Shown piece by piece: positions 1 to 8,758 of a stretch of 64,000 nucleotides of DNA. The position numbers were made by a program, and so were the translations under genes. The first letter of the stretch is position 1; every line of letters begins with the position of its first letter. The DNA comes from Clostridiales bacterium (GTDB lineage: Bacteria; Bacillota; Clostridia; Oscillospirales; Oscillospiraceae). Location: positions 20,805-84,804 of the forward strand of contig JALERU010000042.1 in assembly GCA_022764045.1 (NCBI GenBank), written 5' to 3'. The notes under the pieces are model-generated. The model made no database searches. It had not been told where the DNA came from and saw only the letters and a list, made by a program, of their open reading frames with translations.

Positions 1-7
1 GTTTTTC

Positions 8-1348
8 ATGACAGAGAGAGAACTGGAATCCTTAGGGGCCTCCTGTTCCATTCTAACGGACCTCCGGGCGGGACGGGAAATCGCTTGGATCAACCCCAGC
101 CAAGTCCCCTTTGAAACGGCCAGCCAGAGCTGCGACCTGACCATGGCGGATATCGACCAGGCAGAGGCCCGCCTGGCCCGGTTCGCCCCCTTCCTGATGG
201 CGTGCTTCCCCCAGCTCCGGGCGGCGAAGGGGGTCATCGAGTCCCCCCTGACCCCGGTGCCCCGGCTCCAGGAGAAGCTGGAGGAGAAATACGGCGTCCG
301 GATGCCCGGGCGGCTGCTGTTGAAGCAGGACAACGCCCTGGCCGTGGCGGGGTCGGTGAAGGCCCGGGGGGGCATCTATGAGATTTTGAAGCACACCGAA
401 GACCTGGCCCTGGCTCACGGCCTGCTTACCGGCCCCGGTGACGACTACACCAAGCTGGCCACCCCCCAGGCCAGGGAATTCTTTGGCCAATACACCGTCC
501 AGGTGGGCTCCACGGGCAACCTGGGGCTGAGCATCGGCATCATGAGCGCGGCGGTGGGCTTCCGGGTGATCGTCCACATGTCCGCCGACGCCAAGGGGTG
601 GAAAAAGGACCTGCTCCGCAGCCACGGGGTCACGGTGCGGGAGTATGAAGCCGACTACGGCGAGGCCGTAAAAAACGGCCGCCGTCTTTCTGACCAAGAC
701 TCCAAAAGCTACTTTGTGGACGACGAGAACTCCCAGGCCCTTTTCCTGGGCTATGCTGTGGCCGCCAAGCGGCTGGTGGGACAGCTCCAGGCCCTGGGGA
801 TTCCCGTGGACGCCGGCCACCCCCTCTTCGTCTATATTCCCTGCGGCGTGGGCGGCGCGCCGGGGGGAATCAGCTTTGGCCTGAAGCAGGTGTTCGGAGA
901 CGCCGTCCACCCCTTTTTCGTGGAGCCCACCCAGGCCCCCTGCATGGTGCTGGGGATGGCCACCGGCCTGCACAACGCCATTTCCGTGCAGGATGTGGGC
1001 CTGTCCGGCCTGACCCACGCCGACGGGCTGGCAGTGGGCCGTCCCTCGGGCTTCGTGGGCCGGGTGATGTCCCCCTTCCTCAGCGGGGCTTTTACCGTGG
1101 AGGACGGGAAGCTCTATGCGTACATGCGGGACCTGCTGGAGAGTGAGGAGATCTTCATCGAGCCCAGCGCCTGCGCGGCTATCCAGGGCCCCCTGCTTCT
1201 GCTCCAGCGCCCGGAGGGTTTGGCTTATTTGGAGAAGCAGGGCCTGACTTCCCATCTGGCCCAGGCCACCCATATCCTCTGGTCCACTGGCGGCAGCCTG
1301 GTGCCGGAGGCGACCAAGGCGGACTATCTGCGCACCCACTTGCTCTAA
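8..1348 (+). CDS. dsdA: D-serine ammonia-lyase (PLP-dependent)
   Basis: GSVKARGGIYEILKH PLP-lysine motif, GSTGNLGLSIG, PCGVGGAPGG and THILWSTGG match the DsdA family. Confidence 0.9.
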   Translation: MTERELESLGASCSILTDLRAGREIAWINPSQVPFETASQSCDLTMADIDQAEARLARFAPFLMACFPQLRAAKGVIESPLTPVPRLQEKLEEKYGVRMPGRLLLKQDNALAVAGSVKARGGIYEILKHTEDLALAHGLLTGPGDDYTKLATPQAREFFGQYTVQVGSTGNLGLSIGIMSAAVGFRVIVHMSADAKGWKKDLLRSHGVTVREYEADYGEAVKNGRRLSDQDSKSYFVDDENSQALFLGYAVAAKRLVGQLQALGIPVDAGHPLFVYIPCGVGGAPGGISFGLKQVFGDAVHPFFVEPTQAPCMVLGMATGLHNAISVQDVGLSGLTHADGLAVGRPSGFVGRVMSPFLSGAFTVEDGKLYAYMRDLLESEEIFIEPSACAAIQGPLLLLQRPEGLAYLEKQGLTSHLAQATHILWSTGGSLVPEATKADYLRTHLL

Positions 1349-1371
1349 CCAACAAAATTACATCACCTGTC

Positions 1372-1417
1372 AAACGCCCTGTGCGGTCGGGAATCCCCCG
1401 CCGCACAGGGCGTTTTT
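1372..1417 (+). terminator. Intrinsic terminator after dsdA
   Basis: aaacgccctgtgcgg / ccgcacagggcgttt inverted repeat ending in a T run. Confidence 0.8.
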
Positions 1418-1525
1418 GTGTTGTGGAGGGACGGGATCACTGGGGGGCCAAAAGAAAGAGCCGCTGCGAAAATCGCGACATCCCCTTCTTTTTTCATCTC
1501 GCTAAAAATTTTCTTGTTATTTTCA

Positions 1526-1570
1526 TGTCGGAAAGTGTCGATTTTCATGCATTTTCTAAATTTTGTCGTA
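1526..1570 (+). promoter_or_regulatory. Three 0A-box-like heptamers
   Basis: TGTCGGA 1526-1532, TGTCGAT 1536-1542, TGTCGTA 1564-1570; each one mismatch from TGTCGAA. Confidence 0.5.
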
Positions 1571-1671
1571 TGATTTCTATAGTTGCTATTAGTAATTTTT
1601 TGCTTATAGTAACTATATTACATCCCGCTCTTGGGAGCAGGAAATTTTTGTAAAATACAGAGAAAAGGAGA

Positions 1672-2019
1672 ATGAATCCCATGACCGACATCATCCAAGA
1701 AATTTTGCGCCCCTTTGAGGTAACGCCCCGCTTCGCGGGCTACCCCGCCCTGACCCTGGCCGTAGCCCGCTGCCTGGAGGACCCGGACCGGCTCTCGTCC
1801 GTCACCTCGGAGCTCTACCTTCCCGCCGCCCGGCAGCAGGGGTGCAAGTTGGCCTGTGTAGAGCGCAACCTGCGCACCATCGTCCAGCACGCCTGGGACG
1901 TAAACCCCGCCGAGCTCCGCGTCCTGGCGGGCTATCCCCTCTTCACCGCCCCCACGGTCTCCGCCTTTCTGGCCTTTTTGACCCGGGAGGTGGCCAGACG
2001 CCTGCCCTCTGCCCAGTAA
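1672..2019 (+). CDS. Stand-alone Spo0A C-terminal DNA-binding domain protein
   Basis: GYPAL...SELYLPAARQQGCKLACVERNLRTIVQHAW...PTVSAFLAFL resembles the Spo0A_C fold; AAAGGAG RBS. Confidence 0.8.
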   Translation: MNPMTDIIQEILRPFEVTPRFAGYPALTLAVARCLEDPDRLSSVTSELYLPAARQQGCKLACVERNLRTIVQHAWDVNPAELRVLAGYPLFTAPTVSAFLAFLTREVARRLPSAQ

Positions 2020-2045
2020 CCGAAGAAACGGAAAGGAGAATTCCC

Positions 2046-2384
2046 ATGACTGACATCCTCAAAACCATTCTGCTCCAGATGGACACGACCCACAACTACA
2101 CGGGGTTTCCCCCTCTGGTGGTCACGGTCTCCCGCTATCTGGAGGACCCCCAACGGATTTTTTCCGTGGAGAAGGAGCTCTACGCCCCGGCGGCGGCCCA
2201 GTGCGGCTGCCCCACAAGCCATGTGGAGCGGAACATCCGCACCATCATCCAGCACGCCTGGAAGAAGAACCCCCGCAAGGTGCGGGAACTGGCCCGCTGT
2301 GAGCTCACCACCTACCCCACCGTTTCGGAGTTCATTGAGCTGCTGGCTCTGGAAGCCCAAAAGTATCTGCCGCCCACCGCCTGA
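2046..2384 (+). CDS. Second stand-alone Spo0A C-terminal domain protein (paralog)
   Basis: ATG at 2046 after AAAGGAG; KELYAPAAAQCGCPTSHVERNIRTIIQHAW...PTVSEFIELL. Confidence 0.8.
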   Translation: MTDILKTILLQMDTTHNYTGFPPLVVTVSRYLEDPQRIFSVEKELYAPAAAQCGCPTSHVERNIRTIIQHAWKKNPRKVRELARCELTTYPTVSEFIELLALEAQKYLPPTA

Positions 2385-2402
2385 GGGTTTGGGACAGGAA
2401 AG

Positions 2403-2441
2403 GGTCCCCCGGCGCGTAACCGCGCCGGGGGACCTCTGTTT
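2403..2441. terminator. Terminator between convergent genes
   Basis: ggtcccccggcgcg / cgcgccgggggacc perfect 14-bp stem. Confidence 0.7.
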
Positions 2442-3339
2442 ACCCTTGGGCGTCTATGATGAGATCAAACCGCTCCTGCTGTCCCTCCGCCGTGGTTCCC
2501 TGGCCGGTGAACACGTAAACGGGATAGAGATAGGTCGCGCCGCCCGCCGCTCGGGCGTCTGCGTAATAGGCTAGGCCGCCGGTTTCCAGCCGGGGGGACT
2601 GCAATGCTTGGGAGCAGCTGTCGGAGTAATTCCCCTGGGCAAGGTCCTCTTCCAGCCTCTCCCGAGGCTTCCCTTGGACGAGGACTTTCTCCCCCACCTC
2701 CGCCGCCAGCTTGTGGACGGAAAACAGCCTGCCTTGACAGTCCATGGAGACCACAATGCGGAACACGCCTAAAATCGTCTTCCCTTCTACGCCGGGGTAG
2801 AGATAGACCTCTTTCCCCAGCGAATACTCCGGCACGTTCCCACCGCCGCCGGTGATCTCCGTCACCACCGTGTTGTATCGCTCCCCTGTCCAAAGGCCAT
2901 GCTCCTCCACGAATTTCTCCGCGATCTCTCGGGCGGCCTCGTCGGACAGAGGCGTCTCCGATGGCGCTAAGGAGGAATACCCCTCTTTGGCGTCATAGGT
3001 CCAGTAGCCTGTGGTTTGGTCAATGGTGACCACATAGTCCGGTCCAACATACCTGCCGTCTACCGTGGGCGGGCCCAAGGTAATGCCAAAGGCGGCCTCG
3101 ATTTCTTCCTTTGCTTTCTCCGGGTCCACATGCAGGCGGTAGGCATGGATCGAGTCCCCTTCTGCAACGGAAAGCTCCGCCGGCAAGGCCAGCTCCGCCC
3201 CCTTTAACATGCCTGCCTGGGGAAGGGCGGGCCGGCCCACTTCAGCCGTCCCCGTGCCGCAGGCGCACAAGACAGCACCCATACCAGCCAAGAGCAGCGC
3301 CGCCCATAAAAACCGAACACACCGTTTCAATCCCTTCAC
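2440..3339 (-). CDS. Lipoprotein of unknown function
   Basis: Signal peptide with lipobox LCAC; long open frame; start may be TTG at 3330. Confidence 0.7.
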   Translation of the reverse strand: MKGLKRCVRFLWAALLLAGMGAVLCACGTGTAEVGRPALPQAGMLKGAELALPAELSVAEGDSIHAYRLHVDPEKAKEEIEAAFGITLGPPTVDGRYVGPDYVVTIDQTTGYWTYDAKEGYSSLAPSETPLSDEAAREIAEKFVEEHGLWTGERYNTVVTEITGGGGNVPEYSLGKEVYLYPGVEGKTILGVFRIVVSMDCQGRLFSVHKLAAEVGEKVLVQGKPRERLEEDLAQGNYSDSCSQALQSPRLETGGLAYYADARAAGGATYLYPVYVFTGQGTTAEGQQERFDLIIDAQG

Positions 3340-3534
3340 CTTCCTTCGTTGGGGTTTCTTATGTTTATTGTACCATATTTCCCCGCTGCGTTTCTTCGGA
3401 TTTTCATACGATATGGTAAATTCCGGAGAAACACCGCCCCAGCAGGAAGGCCGCTGCCCTGCGGGCCAGGGACAGGCCGACGGCCACGGCCTCGGACGGC
3501 GGCGTCTCCGATCGTGTTAGCGCATGCCAATCAT

Positions 3535-4128
3535 TCAAGGCTCCCGGTCCATCACAGTGCTATCGATCGAAAAGGAAAGGCTTTCGTCAGGAACCCAAAA
3601 GGTTTGCTCATCTCCACCGGCAACAGGCTGTACTTGGCACCAAGTACCATCCCGAGACAGGATTTTCACATAGCCGGTAAGACTTTCCGCCGCTTCCCCG
3701 TTTATGCTTCGATATGCAGTCTGGTTCGCCGCATTAGCCATATTTCCTTGCCGCAAATCCTCTTCCTTTTCAGAAAGGATACTATCAGAAATCTCTCCAT
3801 ATAAAGACTCCGTGGTGTCACCCGTTGGGACAAACACTCGCACGGTGTCTCCCTCATTTTTCAGGACAAGGACAAGATCTCCCCTCTTCAAAGGATATTC
3901 CTCAGTCAAAGACACCCAAGCTTTTTCTCCGTTTTCATCTGTCAGCGCACAGTAGCAGTTTCTTAATACAGCATCTTCCAGTAAGACAGCAGTTTTTCCG
4001 CTACGTTCTACTGTCTGAACCTGTATATTTTGAATATCCTCCGGTTGATTAGAATCCTCAACTATTGCGCTGTTGCACCCAGTCAGAAACAGAAAACAGG
4101 CAGAAAAGAAAAGAACTACTTCTTTCAT
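3535..4128 (-). CDS. Lipoprotein with SH3-like beta segments
   Basis: Lipobox LTGC; VKILSRDGTWCQVQ...FWVPDESL resembles bacterial SH3; AT-richer than flanks. Confidence 0.65.
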   Translation of the reverse strand: MKEVVLFFSACFLFLTGCNSAIVEDSNQPEDIQNIQVQTVERSGKTAVLLEDAVLRNCYCALTDENGEKAWVSLTEEYPLKRGDLVLVLKNEGDTVRVFVPTGDTTESLYGEISDSILSEKEEDLRQGNMANAANQTAYRSINGEAAESLTGYVKILSRDGTWCQVQPVAGGDEQTFWVPDESLSFSIDSTVMDREP

Positions 4129-4163
4129 TGTGAACCTCCTAAAATAGCATATTTATTTTATAA

Positions 4164-4201
4164 TTCTTCTGGCAGATAGAACACTCTATCTGCCAGAAGA
4201 A
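4164..4201 (-). terminator. Hairpin between the NlpC/P60 gene and the lipoprotein gene
   Basis: ttcttctggcagataga / tctatctgccagaagaa inverted repeat. Confidence 0.65.
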
Positions 4202-4208
4202 TATTCGG

Positions 4209-5828
4209 TTAACCCGTTATCCCCTTATATCTAAGCGCAACATAGCCACCGGAGGAGAGGCTCGCAATCGGTCTATTCGTATGAGAAACCTTGTCGTATT
4301 TGTTAAGCGTAGTCGCTTCAAATAAAACATAGTTTCCTGCTCCATCCGCATATTCATACAGTACAATATGACTACCGCTCTTATTCAATGCGTCCGCAGG
4401 CTTCAACTGATTATATGCTATTGAATTACAAATGCTGCCAATCGTACCGGTGCCATATTTTGTAGACTGCCGCCAACATCTACTCACATACCCAGAGCAA
4501 TCAAGGCCGTATGTATTTGCGACATGTCCCGGTGTAGAGGTGTTAATGTTGCCTACCCGACCAGAATTACTCATTCCAGTTTTATATTGGGCCGTAGTGC
4601 TAAATCCACCCCAGCAATATGGCATATACGAATAAGTTCCTGCTCCAGTAACATACCTTGGACGGGTCCAATTGGACAAAGCTGCTAAATTTTTACTTGA
4701 ACAAGACCAGGTAAAGCTACTATGATATGCTTTAGCATCGTTCATAACAGCCGTTCTGGAAATCGAAGTAAGCGCTTGTGTCTCAATGCCTGTATTATCT
4801 CGGAAAGAAGTAGTAGACATGTTGCTTTCTTTTAATTTAGAAGAAAACTTGTCTGCTGTACCCATGTTCTCTGTCTTCATCTCAGCAATCGTAGCTCCAT
4901 CAATTGTCAAATCAAATTGATAAACCTTTCCATCCTCAACAGTCACGGGATCACACATGCTGGGAGCAACAGATTCTACAGGCGCACAAGCAATTACGGT
5001 ATCATCCGGATCAATCGTCCGAATTGTCTCCTCAACATCACAAGTGCCATCTGCGTAGCAGGCCATATCAATTTGCTTGACAACGTGCTTGTTATCAGCG
5101 TTTTTGCCCAAATACTGCGCTCCGGCAATGTAATTTGTGGAATACAACGTAATAGTATCTGTAACACTACCAGATGTGTTCAGAATGTAAATTGTGCACT
5201 TGTGGCCTGAATTTTCATTATTTTTTGTTTCAATGGAGGTACGATAAAAAGTATTATCATCTACCATATATCCATCAATTGTTTGATCAAGTGTCAACTT
5301 ACCTGTAGAGGAATCCACAAGAAAACGATGTGTCTTTCCTCCTTCAGGAGTTGGCTCAGATACATACACGTATTGACCGCTTGCTTTGAAGTCAACCGCA
5401 TTATCAATGTCCATAGCTTTTCTTGCTGTACCAATAAATTCCTGCTTACCATTTTCAATTTTAGAAATAGTAAGATTATTGTCCAGAACAAGTATCTCGC
5501 TATCATCATTAACAGCAAGCGCCGTCCCTATAATATCAAAGCTATCCAAGGTAATCTTAGCTGCCTGTTTGTTATCTCGATACTGGAACACTGTATTATT
5601 TGCAGTATTCAACATATACATTCCATTGTCCGAGATGCTATAATCACTTGGCCCATAGGCATTTCCTTGTTCATCAGTAGTTGCATACAATGCACCAGTT
5701 TTACCTACGGACAACGGCACCTGCTCCACCGTCTCATATACAGGTGCCGTAGCAGAAGCTCCCATACAAAGAGACATAGCCATAATTACCGCAAGGATAA
5801 CAGCTACTATATGTTTATATTTGCTCAC
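4209..5828 (-). CDS. Secreted protein with C-terminal NlpC/P60-like (C40) domain
   Basis: Signal peptide; PYCWGG...GLDCSGYVSRCW...DALNKSGSHIVLY...FEAT gives the Cys/His/acidic triad spacing; GTG start. Confidence 0.7.
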   Translation of the reverse strand: MSKYKHIVAVILAVIMAMSLCMGASATAPVYETVEQVPLSVGKTGALYATTDEQGNAYGPSDYSISDNGMYMLNTANNTVFQYRDNKQAAKITLDSFDIIGTALAVNDDSEILVLDNNLTISKIENGKQEFIGTARKAMDIDNAVDFKASGQYVYVSEPTPEGGKTHRFLVDSSTGKLTLDQTIDGYMVDDNTFYRTSIETKNNENSGHKCTIYILNTSGSVTDTITLYSTNYIAGAQYLGKNADNKHVVKQIDMACYADGTCDVEETIRTIDPDDTVIACAPVESVAPSMCDPVTVEDGKVYQFDLTIDGATIAEMKTENMGTADKFSSKLKESNMSTTSFRDNTGIETQALTSISRTAVMNDAKAYHSSFTWSCSSKNLAALSNWTRPRYVTGAGTYSYMPYCWGGFSTTAQYKTGMSNSGRVGNINTSTPGHVANTYGLDCSGYVSRCWRQSTKYGTGTIGSICNSIAYNQLKPADALNKSGSHIVLYEYADGAGNYVLFEATTLNKYDKVSHTNRPIASLSSGGYVALRYKGITG

Positions 5829-5896
5829 AAATATTCCTCCTCATCTTCAATTTTGTGTTTGGAACTGGCGGGAAGTATGGCAGTGCCCCTGCCATA

Positions 5897-5941
5897 CTCC
5901 CCTGGGTGGTTAGGGACAAGGTTTGGCAGCGGACCTCTGGG
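5897..5941 (-). pseudogene. Vestigial 3' end of a paralog of the 7594-7953 gene
   Basis: 24-bp identity 5897-5920 = 7581-7604; translates to ...QPQRSAAKPCP* versus ...QSQKSVTRTCP*. Confidence 0.6.
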
Positions 5942-5975
5942 GCTGCGCCGCATGATTTCATATTATGCCAAAGCC

Positions 5976-6719
5976 TCACGGTTTCGCGGGGGGTGCGTCC
6001 ACGCCGAACTTGTCCTTGATCAGCGTGAGCTTTGCCTGAGTGTTCCCGGCGGTCTTGTCCTGGAGGACCACCTTGGTGGCCGTCTGGCCGTTGCCGTCGG
6101 TGACAGTCTGGGTGACATACTCCACCTCACCGGCGTTCAGGGCGTTCCAGATCATCTGGGCGGCGCTGTCCCGGGAGAGGGGCGCGCTGGGGTTCAGGTC
6201 ATCCAAGCCCTGGAACAGGCCGGCCTGGGCAGCCCGGACAGAGACATTCGTCTCCCACATGGGGGTGTTAAAGTTCTCCCGTTCTGCCTCATAGCCCAAA
6301 GCCACCAGCAGCATCTTCGCCGCCTGGAAGCCGGTGACCTGGTCCTCGGGGGCGAACTTGCCGCCGCCCACACCGGCCACCACACCGGCCTTGGTGCAGG
6401 CCTCGATATAGGGGGCGGCCCAGTTCCCGGCGATATCGTTGTAGGTGGGAGTGGCGGCGCTGCTCAGGGCAGGGGCCTTGCCGCCGTTGAGGGTCACGCA
6501 AAGCATCTTGCACATCTCGCCCCGGGTCACGTTCCCAGCGGGCCGATAGCTGCCGTCGGGATATCCGCCAATGATGTGCAGGGCCACGCAGGCGTCCACG
6601 GCCTCCGTGTGCTTGATCTCCTTCTGGTCAGTGAACGCCGCCCCGGCGCTCACCACCATAACGCTGAGCATCATAGCCGCGCAAAGGGCCACGCTCCATA
6701 CTTTTTTCAACTGTTTCAT
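5976..6719 (-). CDS. S-layer homology (SLH) domain secreted protein
   Basis: Signal peptide; FTD...IIGGYPDGSYRPAGNVTRGEM, YNDIAGNWA...GVVAGVGGGKFAPEDQVT and LSRDSAAQM SLH repeats. Confidence 0.85.
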   Translation of the reverse strand: MKQLKKVWSVALCAAMMLSVMVVSAGAAFTDQKEIKHTEAVDACVALHIIGGYPDGSYRPAGNVTRGEMCKMLCVTLNGGKAPALSSAATPTYNDIAGNWAAPYIEACTKAGVVAGVGGGKFAPEDQVTGFQAAKMLLVALGYEAERENFNTPMWETNVSVRAAQAGLFQGLDDLNPSAPLSRDSAAQMIWNALNAGEVEYVTQTVTDGNGQTATKVVLQDKTAGNTQAKLTLIKDKFGVDAPPAKP

Positions 6720-6769
6720 AGGGATCTCCTTTCAGGTTTGATGGCAGAGAATGTTCTCTCTATTTTATA

Positions 6770-6796
6770 AACGTCTCGAGACCCAGTTTTCTGACA
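6770..6796 (-). promoter_or_regulatory. Candidate ECF-sigma promoter TGTC-N19-CGTT
   Basis: Minus strand TGTCagAAA...CGTTtataaa; same motif and spacing at 8021-8047. Confidence 0.5.
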
Positions 6797-6840
6797 AGAT
6801 TTTCAGAAAAAATTACACAAATTTTTCCCTCTGGACCCTA

Positions 6841-7506
6841 TCAGGTTGCCACACCCATCTCCCAAGGGCTGATCCAAACGTTGCAGGTCTGAACCGTCAT
6901 ATAACCGGCGTCGGTCTTTGCGCTCACGGTAATATTGCTGCCCTCCGTCAGGAAGACATTATCCATGCCGTTATACATGGAAACAATAATGCTGGGCCCG
7001 TTTGCCAGCTGTGTGGTCATGCTGTGGCTCCGGCTGGGGTTCTTGCCGCCCTTTACCACAACGGTCAGATTTTTCCCGCCATAGTTGCCGTAGTTTTCAA
7101 ACTGGATGGCCAAGGTGATGTAGTCAGGGGCAGGGATCGTAGCGGCCCCCACCTGGGTGTACATATTAGACACCACTCTAAGATTCTTCTCGGTGGAGAT
7201 CAGATCCATCACACCCCGGGCGGCATCAGCCTGGGAGACGCCTGCGTCTTCCAAAACGGCAGCCTGAACAAGGCGGTTCTGTTCCGCTACGGTGGCGCCC
7301 TCGGGGATCGTCACATCAACAATGGACGTAACCGGTTCGCCTTCGTCAGAGCATTTCACGATTTGGCACGGAACGGTGGTGCCGGCAAAGTGGGAAACCG
7401 CCGTGGCGTCGGCGCTCTCCTGCTGGTCCTTCTCTGCCGCTACGGCGGGGATGGACAGGGCAAAAACCAGGCTCAGGGCCAGGATCAAACTCATCATTTT
7501 CTTCAT
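6841..7506 (-). CDS. Secreted hypothetical protein
   Basis: Signal peptide ending AVAA; GGAGG RBS; beta-rich C-terminus. Confidence 0.75.
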   Translation of the reverse strand: MKKMMSLILALSLVFALSIPAVAAEKDQQESADATAVSHFAGTTVPCQIVKCSDEGEPVTSIVDVTIPEGATVAEQNRLVQAAVLEDAGVSQADAARGVMDLISTEKNLRVVSNMYTQVGAATIPAPDYITLAIQFENYGNYGGKNLTVVVKGGKNPSRSHSMTTQLANGPSIIVSMYNGMDNVFLTEGSNITVSAKTDAGYMTVQTCNVWISPWEMGVAT

Positions 7507-7593
7507 GGGTGTTCCTCCTTTTTTTAATCCTGTAATTTCATACTTAACTGATGGAGAGCATGTCGAGAATTCCTATCATGCTCCCCTGGGTGG

Positions 7594-7953
7594 TTAGGGA
7601 CAAGTTCTGGTGACGGACTTTTGAGACTGGGCCACATCATTGACTGTGAAATCCACCGTCAACTTGTAGGTTGCCCCTCTCGACACTGTTTTCGTTTCAT
7701 TAAATTTGACAGTGCCCGTTCCACGCTTGATCCAGGTTTCCAGGCAGGTATTGCCCTTCCACAACCTCATGGCCGCAGCGATGCGGTCTGTCGATTTGTC
7801 CCCTTGAACAACCGCCACACAGATAGCCGTCGTTCCCGAAAAGCTCAGCTTAGGCGTTGCTCTCGGCGCCCGCATCGGTCCCGCAGCTTGTGCCGCAGTT
7901 CCCAGCAGCATCACCAGCGCAAGAGACAACGCAAGGATCCGTTTCTTCACCAT
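7594..7953 (-). CDS. Small secreted hypothetical protein
   Basis: MVKKRILALSLALVMLLGTAAQA signal peptide; AAAGGGGG RBS before ATG 7953. Confidence 0.75.
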   Translation of the reverse strand: MVKKRILALSLALVMLLGTAAQAAGPMRAPRATPKLSFSGTTAICVAVVQGDKSTDRIAAAMRLWKGNTCLETWIKRGTGTVKFNETKTVSRGATYKLTVDFTVNDVAQSQKSVTRTCP

Positions 7954-8020
7954 ATTCCCCCCTTTCCTTTGAAGTTTCCTTTGCAAAGGTATCACCTCCC
8001 TGCTTCGTTCTATACTTTAT

Positions 8021-8047
8021 AACGAAGCAGGGAGGTGATTTTGGACA
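8021..8047 (-). promoter_or_regulatory. Candidate ECF-sigma promoter TGTC-N19-CGTT
   Basis: Minus strand TGTCcaAAA...CGTTataaag directly downstream of the anti-sigma gene. Confidence 0.5.
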
Positions 8048-8074
8048 CCAATATTTTAATTTTTTTGAAAATTT

Positions 8075-8758
8075 TTATTTTTCTACAGGAACCACACTTT
8101 CCGCCAGCTCAATCAAGGCTTCCTCATCCATAAAGGCAGTCACATCGATCAATGCTCCTGTCTCCTGATCTGTCCAGATCACAGTATTATTGGCATCCTT
8201 ATCATAGGAAAGATAGAGATCCGCGGGATTTCCATGAATCGTAATTTCTTTCCTTTTTGCCTCTCTACTGTCAACATATGTTTCACTTGTCGAATTTGGG
8301 ATTATGTATTGATACGTAAATGATATGTAATCATTTGTTTCGTTGACATAAAAATAGTAAAACATCCCGCCGCTCTCCAACGAATCCTCAAGCCAATATC
8401 CTTCCGGAATATCAATCTGATAATGCACGATCTCCGAAGAAGGGGTAACCCTCCCCTGGTAGAAATACCGCCGAATCCCCTCCACCTGTTCGCTGATCCA
8501 GCCAAACGCCGCCTCCCGGGCCTGGGCATTGGTGCTCAGAAAAACACCGCCGCACAAAACCAGCACCAGCAGGAACCCGGCAATCCGACGCAGGCTTGGA
8601 TAGAGCGCCTTGTGTTTCTCTCGACGAAGCAGGCGCTTCATCCTGCGCTCAAAGGCAGGAGAAAAGGTATGGTGACACTCCTCCGGCTCCGGCAGGCTTG
8701 CCAGGTAAGCCTTTGAGGCCTCTCTGGCTGCTTGGCATAGCCTTTCTTCCGAAATCAT
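8075..8758 (-). CDS. Membrane-anchored anti-sigma factor candidate (DUF4367-like)
   Basis: HTFSPAFERRMKRL N-terminus, one TM segment, C-terminal IPEGY...ITIHGNPA...VIWTD domain; overlaps the sigma stop codon. Confidence 0.75.
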   Translation of the reverse strand: MISEERLCQAAREASKAYLASLPEPEECHHTFSPAFERRMKRLLRREKHKALYPSLRRIAGFLLVLVLCGGVFLSTNAQAREAAFGWISEQVEGIRRYFYQGRVTPSSEIVHYQIDIPEGYWLEDSLESGGMFYYFYVNETNDYISFTYQYIIPNSTSETYVDSREAKRKEITIHGNPADLYLSYDKDANNTVIWTDQETGALIDVTAFMDEEALIELAESVVPVEK

